Origin: an uncultured Bacilli bacterium
GTDB taxonomy: Bacteria; Bacillota_I; Bacilli_A; RF39; UBA660
Reading direction: 5' to 3'
Assembly (NCBI GenBank): GCA_947632595.1
Contig: CANRPY010000002.1
Span: 23,951-87,950 of the forward strand
Length of the DNA: 64,000 bases
The translations under genes and the position numbers were made by a program. Positions 48,731-57,598 of the stretch are shown piece by piece. The notes beneath the pieces are model-generated. The model was not told the origin of the DNA. It was given only the letters and a program-made list of their open reading frames with translations, and searched no databases. Every line of letters begins with the position of its first letter. The first letter of the stretch is position 1.

Positions 48731-50548
48731 CTAGTTATTTTTCATTCTGGCATCAAATTTTTTTCTTTCTTCTGTATTTAAGATTCTTTTTCTAAGACGA
48801 ATATTATGTGGAGTTACCTCTACTAATTCATCTGAATTGATATAGTCTAGGGCATATTCTAGAGAGATTGGTCTTGGTCGTTTTAATACGACTGTATGAT
48901 CACTTCCAGCTGCACGTGTGTTGGTTAATTGTTTTCCTTTTACAACGTTTACGGCTAAATCATTTTCTCGATTGCATTCTCCTACAATCATTCCTTCATA
49001 AACTTCTGTTCCTGGTTCGATAAACATAATCCCGCGGTCTTCTAAGTTACCAATAGAGTATGCAGTTGCATTTCCATTTTCCATAGAAACTAGGGTTCCT
49101 AATTTTCTTTCCCCTACTTCTATATTTTCGTATGGCATGTATTCTTTAAAGGAATGATTCATGATTCCATATCCTTTTGTCATGGTCATAAAGTCTGTTG
49201 AGAAACCAATTAATCCACGAGAAGGAATGGTATAAATTAATCTTACTTGGTTTTCATAGTTGGTCATATTTTCCATTTTTCCACCACGAATTCCTAGTTG
49301 TTCTATTACGGTTCCTACGGATTCTTCTGGTACTTCAATTTGTAATTCTTCGTATGGTTCCATTTTTACGCCATCAATTTCTTTGATGATTACCGTTGGT
49401 TTTGATACTTCTAATTCGAATCCTTCTCTACGCATGTTTTCAATTAAAATTCCTAAGTGTAGTTCTCCTCTACCACTTACTAAGAAAGATTCATTGGTTG
49501 CTTGTGCAACTCTTAGGGAAACATCTCTTTGGGTTTCTCTTTCTAGTCTTTCTTGAATTTTTCTAGCGGTAACAATTTTTCCATCTCTTCCTACTAATGG
49601 AGATGAGTTTGCACCAAAAGTCATTTGTAGAGTTGGTTCATCAATATGTAGAATTGGTAGTGGAATAATATTGTCGTTATTACAAATCGTTTCTCCAACA
49701 GAGATATCGGCAAGTCCTGATACAGCTACGATGTCTCCTGCTTCTGCTTCTTCAATTTCTACGCGGTTGTATCCTAAGAAACCAAATAATTTTTGAATTC
49801 TAAATTGTTTTGTAGATCCATCTAATCGGCAACAAGTAACTACTTCTCCTGTTTTAATTTTTCCATTTTGTACTCTTCCAATTCCAATTCTTCCTACAAA
49901 TTCATTGTAGTCTAATAGTGCTGGTTGGAATTGAAGAGGAGCATTTGGGTCTCCTTTTGGTGCTGGAATTAATTCAATAATTTTATCAAGAATTTCTTGG
50001 AATCCTTCGGTTTGTGTTGATAAGTCATCTGATAAGGAACAAGTATTATTTAGAGCAGATGCATAAATTACTTGGAAATCTAATTGATCATCATCGGCTC
50101 CTAATTCAATAAATAAGTCTAGAATTTCATCTACTACTTGTTTACATCTTGCACTTGGTTTATCTACTTTATTAATGACAACGATTGGTTTTACTCCTGC
50201 TTCAAAAGCTTTTTTTAATACGAATCTGGTTTGTGGCATAGCTCCTTCATAAGCATCTACTACTAATAGAACACCATCTACCATGTTCATGATACGTTCT
50301 ACTTCACCACCAAAGTCGGCATGTCCTGGAGTATCTAAGATATTAATTCTTACTCCTTTATAATCTAGGGCCGTTGTCTTTGCTAAAATCGTGATTCCTC
50401 TTTCATGCTCTAAGGCATTGGAATCCATTGATAAATTACTTAAATCTTCATTCTCACGAAACATTCCCGAATGCTTTAAAATTCCATCTACTAATGTTGT
50501 TTTTCCATGGTCTACATGGGCAATAATTGCTACATTTCTCTTTTCCAT
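48731..50548 (-). CDS. typA: Translational GTPase TypA/BipA
   Basis: G1 [10 protein letters not shown]3 DTPGHADF. G4 NKVD. 605 aa with EF-G-like domains. Confidence 0.95.
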   Translation of the reverse strand: MEKRNVAIIAHVDHGKTTLVDGILKHSGMFRENEDLSNLSMDSNALEHERGITILAKTTALDYKGVRINILDTPGHADFGGEVERIMNMVDGVLLVVDAYEGAMPQTRFVLKKAFEAGVKPIVVINKVDKPSARCKQVVDEILDLFIELGADDDQLDFQVIYASALNNTCSLSDDLSTQTEGFQEILDKIIELIPAPKGDPNAPLQFQPALLDYNEFVGRIGIGRVQNGKIKTGEVVTCCRLDGSTKQFRIQKLFGFLGYNRVEIEEAEAGDIVAVSGLADISVGETICNNDNIIPLPILHIDEPTLQMTFGANSSPLVGRDGKIVTARKIQERLERETQRDVSLRVAQATNESFLVSGRGELHLGILIENMRREGFELEVSKPTVIIKEIDGVKMEPYEELQIEVPEESVGTVIEQLGIRGGKMENMTNYENQVRLIYTIPSRGLIGFSTDFMTMTKGYGIMNHSFKEYMPYENIEVGERKLGTLVSMENGNATAYSIGNLEDRGIMFIEPGTEVYEGMIVGECNRENDLAVNVVKGKQLTNTRAAGSDHTVVLKRPRPISLEYALDYINSDELVEVTPHNIRLRKRILNTEERKKFDARMKNN

Positions 50549-50614
50549 TTTTGTCCACCTCTTTACACGTCGCTACTCATTATAGCATAATTTTGCAAAA
50601 AAAACTAGAAAATT

Positions 50615-51199
50615 CTATTTTTTTATATGCTTATATAGAAAGTAGACAATTAGTATGAGTAGACCTAAGCCGATTGGTTTTTTGAGAATATCTAAGTAGG
50701 AACAGACAATTACCCAATGATCTCCTAAGAGATAGCCGAAATAGACAAAGGCTAATGTCCAAGGAATGGAACCAATGGTTGTATAAAGAACAAATTTTGG
50801 AAAAGAGAGACGCATGATTCCTATTGGAAGGGATATTAGGGTTCTAACGATTGGAAAATTTCTGCCAATGAGAGAGGCTTTTAGTCCATACTTTGCAAAC
50901 CAAGAATCACTTTTTTCTAAGTCTTCTTCTTTCATCATAAAGTACTTTCCATACTTTCTTACAAAAACTTCTCCACCAAAATATCCCATATAGTAAATCA
51001 CAATGGCACAAAAGAGGCTTCCAAGTAGTCCTGTTAAGAAGACTAACCAGAAGGAAAAGATTTTTTTACTTGCCAGAATGCCTCCTGTTGCTAAAATAAG
51101 TTCACTGGGTATGGCAATAATGACTGCTTCTAAAACCATTCCTAAAAAGATTCCTAAATAACCAAATTGCTCAATTAGATTTATGATAAATGATTCCAT
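50615..51199 (-). CDS. DedA/SNARE-associated family membrane protein
   Basis: GRNFPIVRTLISLPIG DedA motif. Four TM helices. Confidence 0.75.
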   Translation of the reverse strand: MESFIINLIEQFGYLGIFLGMVLEAVIIAIPSELILATGGILASKKIFSFWLVFLTGLLGSLFCAIVIYYMGYFGGEVFVRKYGKYFMMKEEDLEKSDSWFAKYGLKASLIGRNFPIVRTLISLPIGIMRLSFPKFVLYTTIGSIPWTLAFVYFGYLLGDHWVIVCSYLDILKKPIGLGLLILIVYFLYKHIKK

Positions 51200-51247
51200 T
51201 TCATCACCTAAAAAACTATATGAAAAAAAAGAGAATTTTATCTCTTT

Positions 51248-51949
51248 TTACGAATTCATTATTTCTTCTATATAGTCTTTTAACGTTTCGTATTCTTGTT
51301 TCTTTAATCCTTCTAGAATTGGGTGATGTTTTTTGATGACTGCTCCAGGGTATGTTTTTAACATTTCATAGTCATTATCATTATCCCCTATTACTCGTAG
51401 TTTTGCTCGATCTAGGTTTTCTAGTTGGATTAAGGTTTCTAAGGCTATTTCTTTGTTTACTGTTTTGTGAATAATATTTACATGTGTTCTACTTGCATAG
51501 ATATGAACATCGGCATTTTTCTTGACAACTTCTACGATATGATTCTTTACAGACTCTTTTTTACAATTGACAACTATTTTAACACAATCATTTACATTTT
51601 CTGTTTTGTTATAACCATCATCTAAATAATAATCTGCTTGTTCTTGATCTAGAATTTTTTTGATTTTTTCTATCTCTTCTTTTTCTAAATAGGTTGTTGA
51701 TAAACAATAATCTACATTATTAAAAATCTTTGCCCCATCATCACAGATTAAGTAACTATACGCTATATTGTTTTCTTGTAAAAGAATCTTTAAATCGGAA
51801 TAGTTTCTACCGGTTACTATACAGAAAATATTTCCATATGCGACAAATTTACGAATTGCTTCGACATTTTTTTTATTCTTCTCTTCGTCATCTAAAAAAT
51901 AAATGGTATTGTCAAAGTCACTTGCTAAAATATTCATTTCTTCACCCAC
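51248..51949 (-). CDS. HAD-superfamily hydrolase (Cof-like, subfamily IIB)
   Basis: N-terminal DFDNT motif I. C-terminal GDNDND motif IV. Confidence 0.65.
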   Translation of the reverse strand: MGEEMNILASDFDNTIYFLDDEEKNKKNVEAIRKFVAYGNIFCIVTGRNYSDLKILLQENNIAYSYLICDDGAKIFNNVDYCLSTTYLEKEEIEKIKKILDQEQADYYLDDGYNKTENVNDCVKIVVNCKKESVKNHIVEVVKKNADVHIYASRTHVNIIHKTVNKEIALETLIQLENLDRAKLRVIGDNDNDYEMLKTYPGAVIKKHHPILEGLKKQEYETLKDYIEEIMNS

Positions 51950-51953
51950 ATTT

Positions 51954-53786
51954 TTATTTTGTTTTTACGTTATCAATTAATTCTTCATTTGATGTTTCTT
52001 CTTCTACTTGTTCTAGTAGTTCTTCTTCTTGTGCAAATTTTTTATTCTTATGTTTCATTTCTTCTTCATGGATTAGGACATTGTAGGCAACTTTTCCTAC
52101 TAATGTTTTTGGTAGACTTTCTCGGAATTCATATTCATATGGCCATGAGAATCTTGCTAAATTCTTTTCTACTAATTTTTTAATAGAATCTAGGATTTCA
52201 TCGGTTGATTCTACGCCTTCTTTTAGAACGATAAAGGCTTTTGCAACGGTTACTTTATATGGATGAGGGATTCCAATTACACATGACATACTAACTTCTG
52301 GATGAGAATCAATGACATTTTCTATATTATTTGGATAGACACAGTAACCAGATGTAATAATCATTCGTTTTAATCTTCCTTTAAAGTAGACGAATCCATC
52401 ACTATCCATCATTCCTTCGTCTCCTGTGTGAAGCCATACTTTTCCATCTTTATGTTTTCTTAATGTTTGTTTTGTTTCTTTGTGATTATGAATATACCCT
52501 GCCATTACTGTAGGTCCCGTAATCACAATTTCTCCATCTGTTCCGTATGGTACTTCTTTTTCGGTACCGTCTTGTACAATCTTGTAATACGTATCTGGAT
52601 AAGGAATTCCAATACTTCCTGGTCTATAATGATGAAGAGGAGTAAAGCAACTTGCAGCACAACATTCTGTTAGACCATATCCTTCTCGAATGGTTGTTGG
52701 AGAATGATGTTTTTCTAGCCAAGTATCGAACTTTTTCTTTAATTCTATGGATAGAGAATCTCCTCCTGAAATTACACAGGTTAAATAATCTAATTTCATG
52801 TGATTAAAGTTTTTATTTTGTGTCATTGCTTCAAATAGTGTTGGTACTCCGACAATGACATTTGGTTCATACTTCTTTACAATCTTATCAAAGGTTTTTG
52901 CTTTAAACTGAGGAATTAAAATACTCGTTCCTCCAAAATATTGTACACAGTGAATACATACCGATAAACCAAATCCGTGGAAAATTGGCATGATTGCTAA
53001 AACCTTATCTTTTTCTGAGAGACATGCTACATGTTCAAAGTTTTGCATTGCAGATGCATTTAAATTTAAGTTTGTTAGTTTGACTCCTTTTGGTGTTCCT
53101 GTAGTTCCACCGGAATAGAGAATAGCAGCTAAGTCTTTTCCTTTAAAATCATCTTCAATTTCTTTTGTATATTCTTTTCCTAATTTTAGGAATTCTTTCC
53201 AATGTAGTTTCTTAGAACTTGGAACGACTTTGTTATTGGTTCCTGTTTTTGGGCGTAGTGATTTTACAGATTTTGGTACATTGGTTGCGGTATAGATTGA
53301 TTTTAAAATGGTAGGCATAGACTCTGCTACACTTACTAAAATGACTTTCTTTACTTTTGTTTCTTCTAATATTTTTTCTATTTTTTCAAAAGTAAAATCT
53401 ACTGCAATTAGCCACTCTGATTTTGAAATCGTAAGATAATGTTTAATTTCATTTTCTGCAGATAATGGGTGAATCATAGAAGCAACTGCACCTATTTTAT
53501 TTGCTGCATAAAAGGAAATAATTCCTTCTGGAGTATTTGGCATACAAATAGAAATGACATCTTTGTGCTTTACTCCAATTGCTTTTAAAGATCTTGCTAC
53601 TTCATCAATTTGTTTTAAGAATTCATGATATGTTTTTTTGGTTCCGTAATAATTATAACTAATATTATTTAAGTGTTTACTTGCAGTATATTCAATTAAT
53701 TTATATGCTGAAAAATTAGGATATTCCAAGTGAGGTTTTTCTTCTCCATAAAATTTGCGCCAAGGGGCTTTCATACTCTTTCCCAT
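51954..53786 (-). CDS. AMP-dependent synthetase/ligase (acyl-CoA synthetase family)
   Basis: AMP-binding box YSGGTTGTPKGV. 610 aa. Confidence 0.85.
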   Translation of the reverse strand: MGKSMKAPWRKFYGEEKPHLEYPNFSAYKLIEYTASKHLNNISYNYYGTKKTYHEFLKQIDEVARSLKAIGVKHKDVISICMPNTPEGIISFYAANKIGAVASMIHPLSAENEIKHYLTISKSEWLIAVDFTFEKIEKILEETKVKKVILVSVAESMPTILKSIYTATNVPKSVKSLRPKTGTNNKVVPSSKKLHWKEFLKLGKEYTKEIEDDFKGKDLAAILYSGGTTGTPKGVKLTNLNLNASAMQNFEHVACLSEKDKVLAIMPIFHGFGLSVCIHCVQYFGGTSILIPQFKAKTFDKIVKKYEPNVIVGVPTLFEAMTQNKNFNHMKLDYLTCVISGGDSLSIELKKKFDTWLEKHHSPTTIREGYGLTECCAASCFTPLHHYRPGSIGIPYPDTYYKIVQDGTEKEVPYGTDGEIVITGPTVMAGYIHNHKETKQTLRKHKDGKVWLHTGDEGMMDSDGFVYFKGRLKRMIITSGYCVYPNNIENVIDSHPEVSMSCVIGIPHPYKVTVAKAFIVLKEGVESTDEILDSIKKLVEKNLARFSWPYEYEFRESLPKTLVGKVAYNVLIHEEEMKHKNKKFAQEEELLEQVEEETSNEELIDNVKTK

Positions 53787-53835
53787 GCTTGTTCACCTCT
53801 CATACAAAACTAAGAATATCATACTATATCCCCTT

Positions 53836-54882
53836 TTAAATTGCAAATCTTGAACTCTTTTTTTCTTGCTCTAAATCGCTTTCTTTTATTGTATAAATTA
53901 TGATCTCTTTTTTCGTGATTCGATAAAATTCACATTTTCTATTTTCTTGAATGATATGATAATTAATTTTTTCTTCTTCTTTCTTGCCTTCTAATAAACT
54001 CTCAAAATGATTCACTTTTCTTCTTTTCTTTTTTCCTGTAGGAGGATGATCTACTTTTACAATATCCTCTTTATATTTCTTTGTTATTTTTTCCACAGTT
54101 CTTGTGTATAAAGATTTTTCTTTGATGGTTGGTAAAATGAGATATAAAATTTCTGTTAGAAAATAAGCTGCACTGAATCCAGATAAGATTCCTAATATTA
54201 GAAGAAGAGGATACTTTAGAAAAATACTTGGTTTTTTAGGGACTCTTCCTTCTGCTTTTAATGGGATATTTTCTGTTTTATTGTCTTCTAATGCGATTCT
54301 TGTGTCTATTTTTTCATCGGGATAATCTTTTTTTCCAAGTCGTTTTTTTATATTTAGAGAAAAGATTACTGTAGTCTTTTGCTCTTTGTTTTTCTTTTCT
54401 TTTAGAAGTTCTTCTATTTCTTTCCAATTGATTTCTAGTGTTAATTTTTTAGAGTAAGATTTTGCTGAAGTTTTCGTATCTCTTACTTCTTTCCATGTCT
54501 TGAGGGTTCTTTTCTTTTTTCCTTCTTGTGTTTCTATTTTCCAAAAGTAGGTATACTCCATATCTACTTTTTCATTTACCATTAACTTGTAGTTTGCGGT
54601 TACTTTTAATTTTTCACTTTCTGGTAGAGGGGTATTTTCTGGTAGAGGTTCTTTTTCTTTTCCATATTTTTCTACGATTTCTTCTCCACTTTCTTGGTAG
54701 CGAATATTTTTGATTTCATTTCTTCCAAAGGAACGATAAAGTAAGAATACAGAAACAATTGAAAAAAGAGCAAGACAAAGAATACTTCCAATCAATCGAA
54801 AGGTATATCCAAAATAGATTTTCTCTTTCTTTTTGGGAGAAAAGTCTTCAATATAAAATTTTTCAGTACTCTTTTTTTTCAT
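53836..54882 (-). CDS. Hypothetical Lys-rich membrane protein
   Basis: Two TM helices. Charged repeats. Confidence 0.4.
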   Translation of the reverse strand: MKKKSTEKFYIEDFSPKKKEKIYFGYTFRLIGSILCLALFSIVSVFLLYRSFGRNEIKNIRYQESGEEIVEKYGKEKEPLPENTPLPESEKLKVTANYKLMVNEKVDMEYTYFWKIETQEGKKKRTLKTWKEVRDTKTSAKSYSKKLTLEINWKEIEELLKEKKNKEQKTTVIFSLNIKKRLGKKDYPDEKIDTRIALEDNKTENIPLKAEGRVPKKPSIFLKYPLLLILGILSGFSAAYFLTEILYLILPTIKEKSLYTRTVEKITKKYKEDIVKVDHPPTGKKKRRKVNHFESLLEGKKEEEKINYHIIQENRKCEFYRITKKEIIIYTIKESDLEQEKKSSRFAI

Positions 54883-54897
54883 TTTTCATCCTTCTTT

Positions 54898-55980
54898 TTA
54901 TTGATGATTCATCCATAGTACAGGTAGTCCTAAATATTTTATTTTCCAAGAAATTGTTCCTGTAATTTGTTCTCTTGTAATGTTTGTTTTTTCATCCCTT
55001 TCGGTTGCTAGAAAATAGGTTTCTTCTTCTTTTGAAAGAATTCTTCCAATTTTTAGATGATTCTCATCTTGATAGGCAATTACTTTTCCTACTTCATAGG
55101 TTTCTTTTTCTTTTTGATCAATGATTACTAAGTCTCCCCTATCAATTGCTGGTTGCATATTCGTTGTTCCTATTACTATTATGTGATAACGAAATAATCC
55201 TGAGAAGACATAGACTGCTAGTATAGTTAAAAGAGCTGGAAACATTAAAATGAATAAATTTATCTTATTATCTTCTATGGTAGAGGATTGTTCTCTTCTC
55301 TCATCAAAGGAACGCATTCTAACCCATAGTAGTATTGGTAATATGGTATAGATTGTTGTATTTAAAAATATACTGGCATTGGGTATTGCAGGAAGAATGA
55401 TTGGATATAGGCATATTACTTCTTCATAAAAAATTACAGGAAGAAAACCTTCTTTTTTCGTAAGGTGTGTTGCGACTATATTATTTGTTAGTACTTCTGG
55501 AAGAAGAAGAGCTAGGAGAAATATTTTTTCATAAGCTTCTTTATTTTGAAAGGCTCCTAAATAATTGGAACAATCTAATAATAGAAAAGTAAGGATTGTT
55601 AACCATGGATATTTATTTTCTGCTTGACTCAATAAATTATTTCTTAAAACTTCTTTTTCTATTATATAGATTCCTAGAGGGATAAGGGTTTTTCCTATTG
55701 TTTCTATTGTCCAAAGATTTCCACTTCTCGTAAATCCGATTGCTAGTCCAAATAAATAATATAGAATGAGAAAAGTAAGTAAAAAGATGGTTACTTCTAA
55801 AAAAGTTTCTTTGACAGAGAATTTTGTTTTTGCTTCTTTTTTGTATAGAAGAGGATATAGAATCAATAGGAACAGTAACATACCATAACTTTTTAAGAAG
55901 TCGTTTGTTATGATACTGATGGTTGCGATTACAAGGATGATTCCTTCGATGATTTCTATTTTATTTATCCTTTTTTTCAT
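54898..55980 (-). CDS. Polytopic membrane protein with a C-terminal S26 signal-peptidase-like domain (nucleophile Ser replaced)
   Basis: About eight TM helices, then IGTTNMQPAIDRGDLVII aligning to the S26 box GSSMEPTL..GD with Asn in place of the Ser. Confidence 0.5.
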   Translation of the reverse strand: MKKRINKIEIIEGIILVIATISIITNDFLKSYGMLLFLLILYPLLYKKEAKTKFSVKETFLEVTIFLLTFLILYYLFGLAIGFTRSGNLWTIETIGKTLIPLGIYIIEKEVLRNNLLSQAENKYPWLTILTFLLLDCSNYLGAFQNKEAYEKIFLLALLLPEVLTNNIVATHLTKKEGFLPVIFYEEVICLYPIILPAIPNASIFLNTTIYTILPILLWVRMRSFDERREQSSTIEDNKINLFILMFPALLTILAVYVFSGLFRYHIIVIGTTNMQPAIDRGDLVIIDQKEKETYEVGKVIAYQDENHLKIGRILSKEEETYFLATERDEKTNITREQITGTISWKIKYLGLPVLWMNHQ

Positions 55981-56037
55981 TTTTATCCTCTTTTCACTCT
56001 ATCCACTTACTATTTTAACACAATTTAGAAAAACAGT

Positions 56038-56709
56038 TTATTTTTGATGTGTATTTCTTTCTTCTTGATAAGTTTCCATTGCTTGTTCAACAAGACTTGC
56101 TAAAGCTTCTACTTCTGGATAGTCTTTCTCATCTAAGGATGCTAAAACAAATTTATCTCTTACACTATATCGATAGACGTCTCCATCTTCTCTATATTTT
56201 CTTGATAAATTATCCATAAATAGTTTCATATCTAGAGGAAATTTATGGGCTTTCGCAAATAAGTAAGCAAAGGATAAAATTGTCCTAGTATTTCCATCAC
56301 GAAAAGGATGTACTTTCCATAAAAGAGCCATTTTTCTTGCGAAAAGCATCGGAATTTCTTCTTTTGGAAGGTCTTCCCAGGATATGGCATTGATTTCTTT
56401 TAGTCGTTCTTTTAAGTCTTTTGGAACATCTTTTGGTGTTGAATATGGAATGCTATAACCAGGTAGAACTAATTCTGACTTTACAAGGGGAACCGTACGA
56501 TATTTTCCTGCCCAGTCGTATATATCTTCAAAAATATGTTTATGAATTTTTTGAATTAATTCTTCATCAAAAGTATCACAAGATATGGCATCTATATTGA
56601 TTAATTTTACAAATCCAATATCCGCTTCTGCACGACGAAGTTTTTGGTAATCATCAATCTGTAATCTATTTTTTAAGACACCGGAAGCATTTACATAGGG
56701 ATCTCTCAT
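56038..56709 (-). CDS. Fic/Doc family protein (class I, VbhT-like) with the non-canonical motif HPFRDGNTRT
   Basis: N-terminal Fic helix region IHKHIFEDIYDWAGKYRTV. Active-site loop HPFRDGNTRTIL, against the canonical HPFx[DE]GNGRxxR. Confidence 0.75.
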   Translation of the reverse strand: MRDPYVNASGVLKNRLQIDDYQKLRRAEADIGFVKLINIDAISCDTFDEELIQKIHKHIFEDIYDWAGKYRTVPLVKSELVLPGYSIPYSTPKDVPKDLKERLKEINAISWEDLPKEEIPMLFARKMALLWKVHPFRDGNTRTILSFAYLFAKAHKFPLDMKLFMDNLSRKYREDGDVYRYSVRDKFVLASLDEKDYPEVEALASLVEQAMETYQEERNTHQK

Positions 56710-56909
56710 TCAATTTTTCCCTCTTTCTCATATTTTGCTACGACCATCTTTTGAATCTCTGATAGTTCTTTTTTTCCATCGATATAATCATTTACTAATT
56801 CTAATACCTCTTGTGAGGGTGCTTCTGCTCCTGATAGAGAAATTGCCATCGCTCGCTCTACTGCTTCAAGTCGTTCTTCCATTGTTTTTTTCTCTTCCTG
56901 ATTCTTCAT
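56706..56909 (-). CDS. VbhA/FicA-like antitoxin
   Basis: AISLSGAEAPSQEVLELVNDYIDGK resembles the VbhA inhibitory helix (...LEGLEPSEEAL..YVDGE). 4-nt overlap with the fic gene. Start chosen at MKNQEEKK, preceded by the RBS AAGGAAA. Confidence 0.6.
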   Translation of the reverse strand: MKNQEEKKTMEERLEAVERAMAISLSGAEAPSQEVLELVNDYIDGKKELSEIQKMVVAKYEKEGKIE

Positions 56910-57041
56910 CTTATTTCCTTCTTTCACCTTTTCTTTATTATATAGAGTCTTGCTTTTAAAAGTCAATGGAAGGGAGTTCTTCATTCTTTTCCTTTCTTTT
57001 TCAAGATGTCATGTTATAATGAAAATAGAGAGGTGATTGAT

Positions 57042-57590
57042 ATGTGGCTATACATCCTTATAGCAGTAGTCGTTGTTCTTATTTTACTTATATTATTTAC
57101 CTATAATAGTTTTGTAAGATTAAACAATCAAGTCAAAGAGGCATTCGCCACAATGGATGTTTATTTGAAGAAAAGATGGGATTTAATTCCTAATATTGTG
57201 GAGTGTGTAAAAGGGTATGTTAAACATGAAAAGGATACGCTTGAAGAAGTTGTAAAGATTCGAAATGAAGCATATGATGGAATGTCATCAGAAGAGAAAC
57301 TTCATACGAATCAAGCATTAACTAAGGGAATTACTAAACTTATGGCGCTTGCGGAAAATTATCCCGATTTAAAAGCGAATGAAAATTTCAAAGATTTAAG
57401 TGCACAACTTGCAAAGGTGGAAGAAGATATTGCGAATGCTAGAAAATATTATAATGCTGTTGTTCGTAAATATAATGATAAAGTACAAATGTTTCCAAGT
57501 AATTTGATTGCTAAAATGTTTGGTTATCACGTTGCTGATATGTTTGAAGCAAGTGATCATGAAAGAGAAAATGTTAAAGTAGAATTTTAG
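57042..57590 (+). CDS. lemA: LemA family protein
   Basis: N-terminal TM helix, then SFVRLNNQVKEAFATMDVYLKKRWDLIPN and the C-terminal YNDKVQMFPSNLIA LemA signature. RBS AGAGGTGA. Confidence 0.85.
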   Translation: MWLYILIAVVVVLILLILFTYNSFVRLNNQVKEAFATMDVYLKKRWDLIPNIVECVKGYVKHEKDTLEEVVKIRNEAYDGMSSEEKLHTNQALTKGITKLMALAENYPDLKANENFKDLSAQLAKVEEDIANARKYYNAVVRKYNDKVQMFPSNLIAKMFGYHVADMFEASDHERENVKVEF

Positions 57591-57598
57591 GAGGATTT

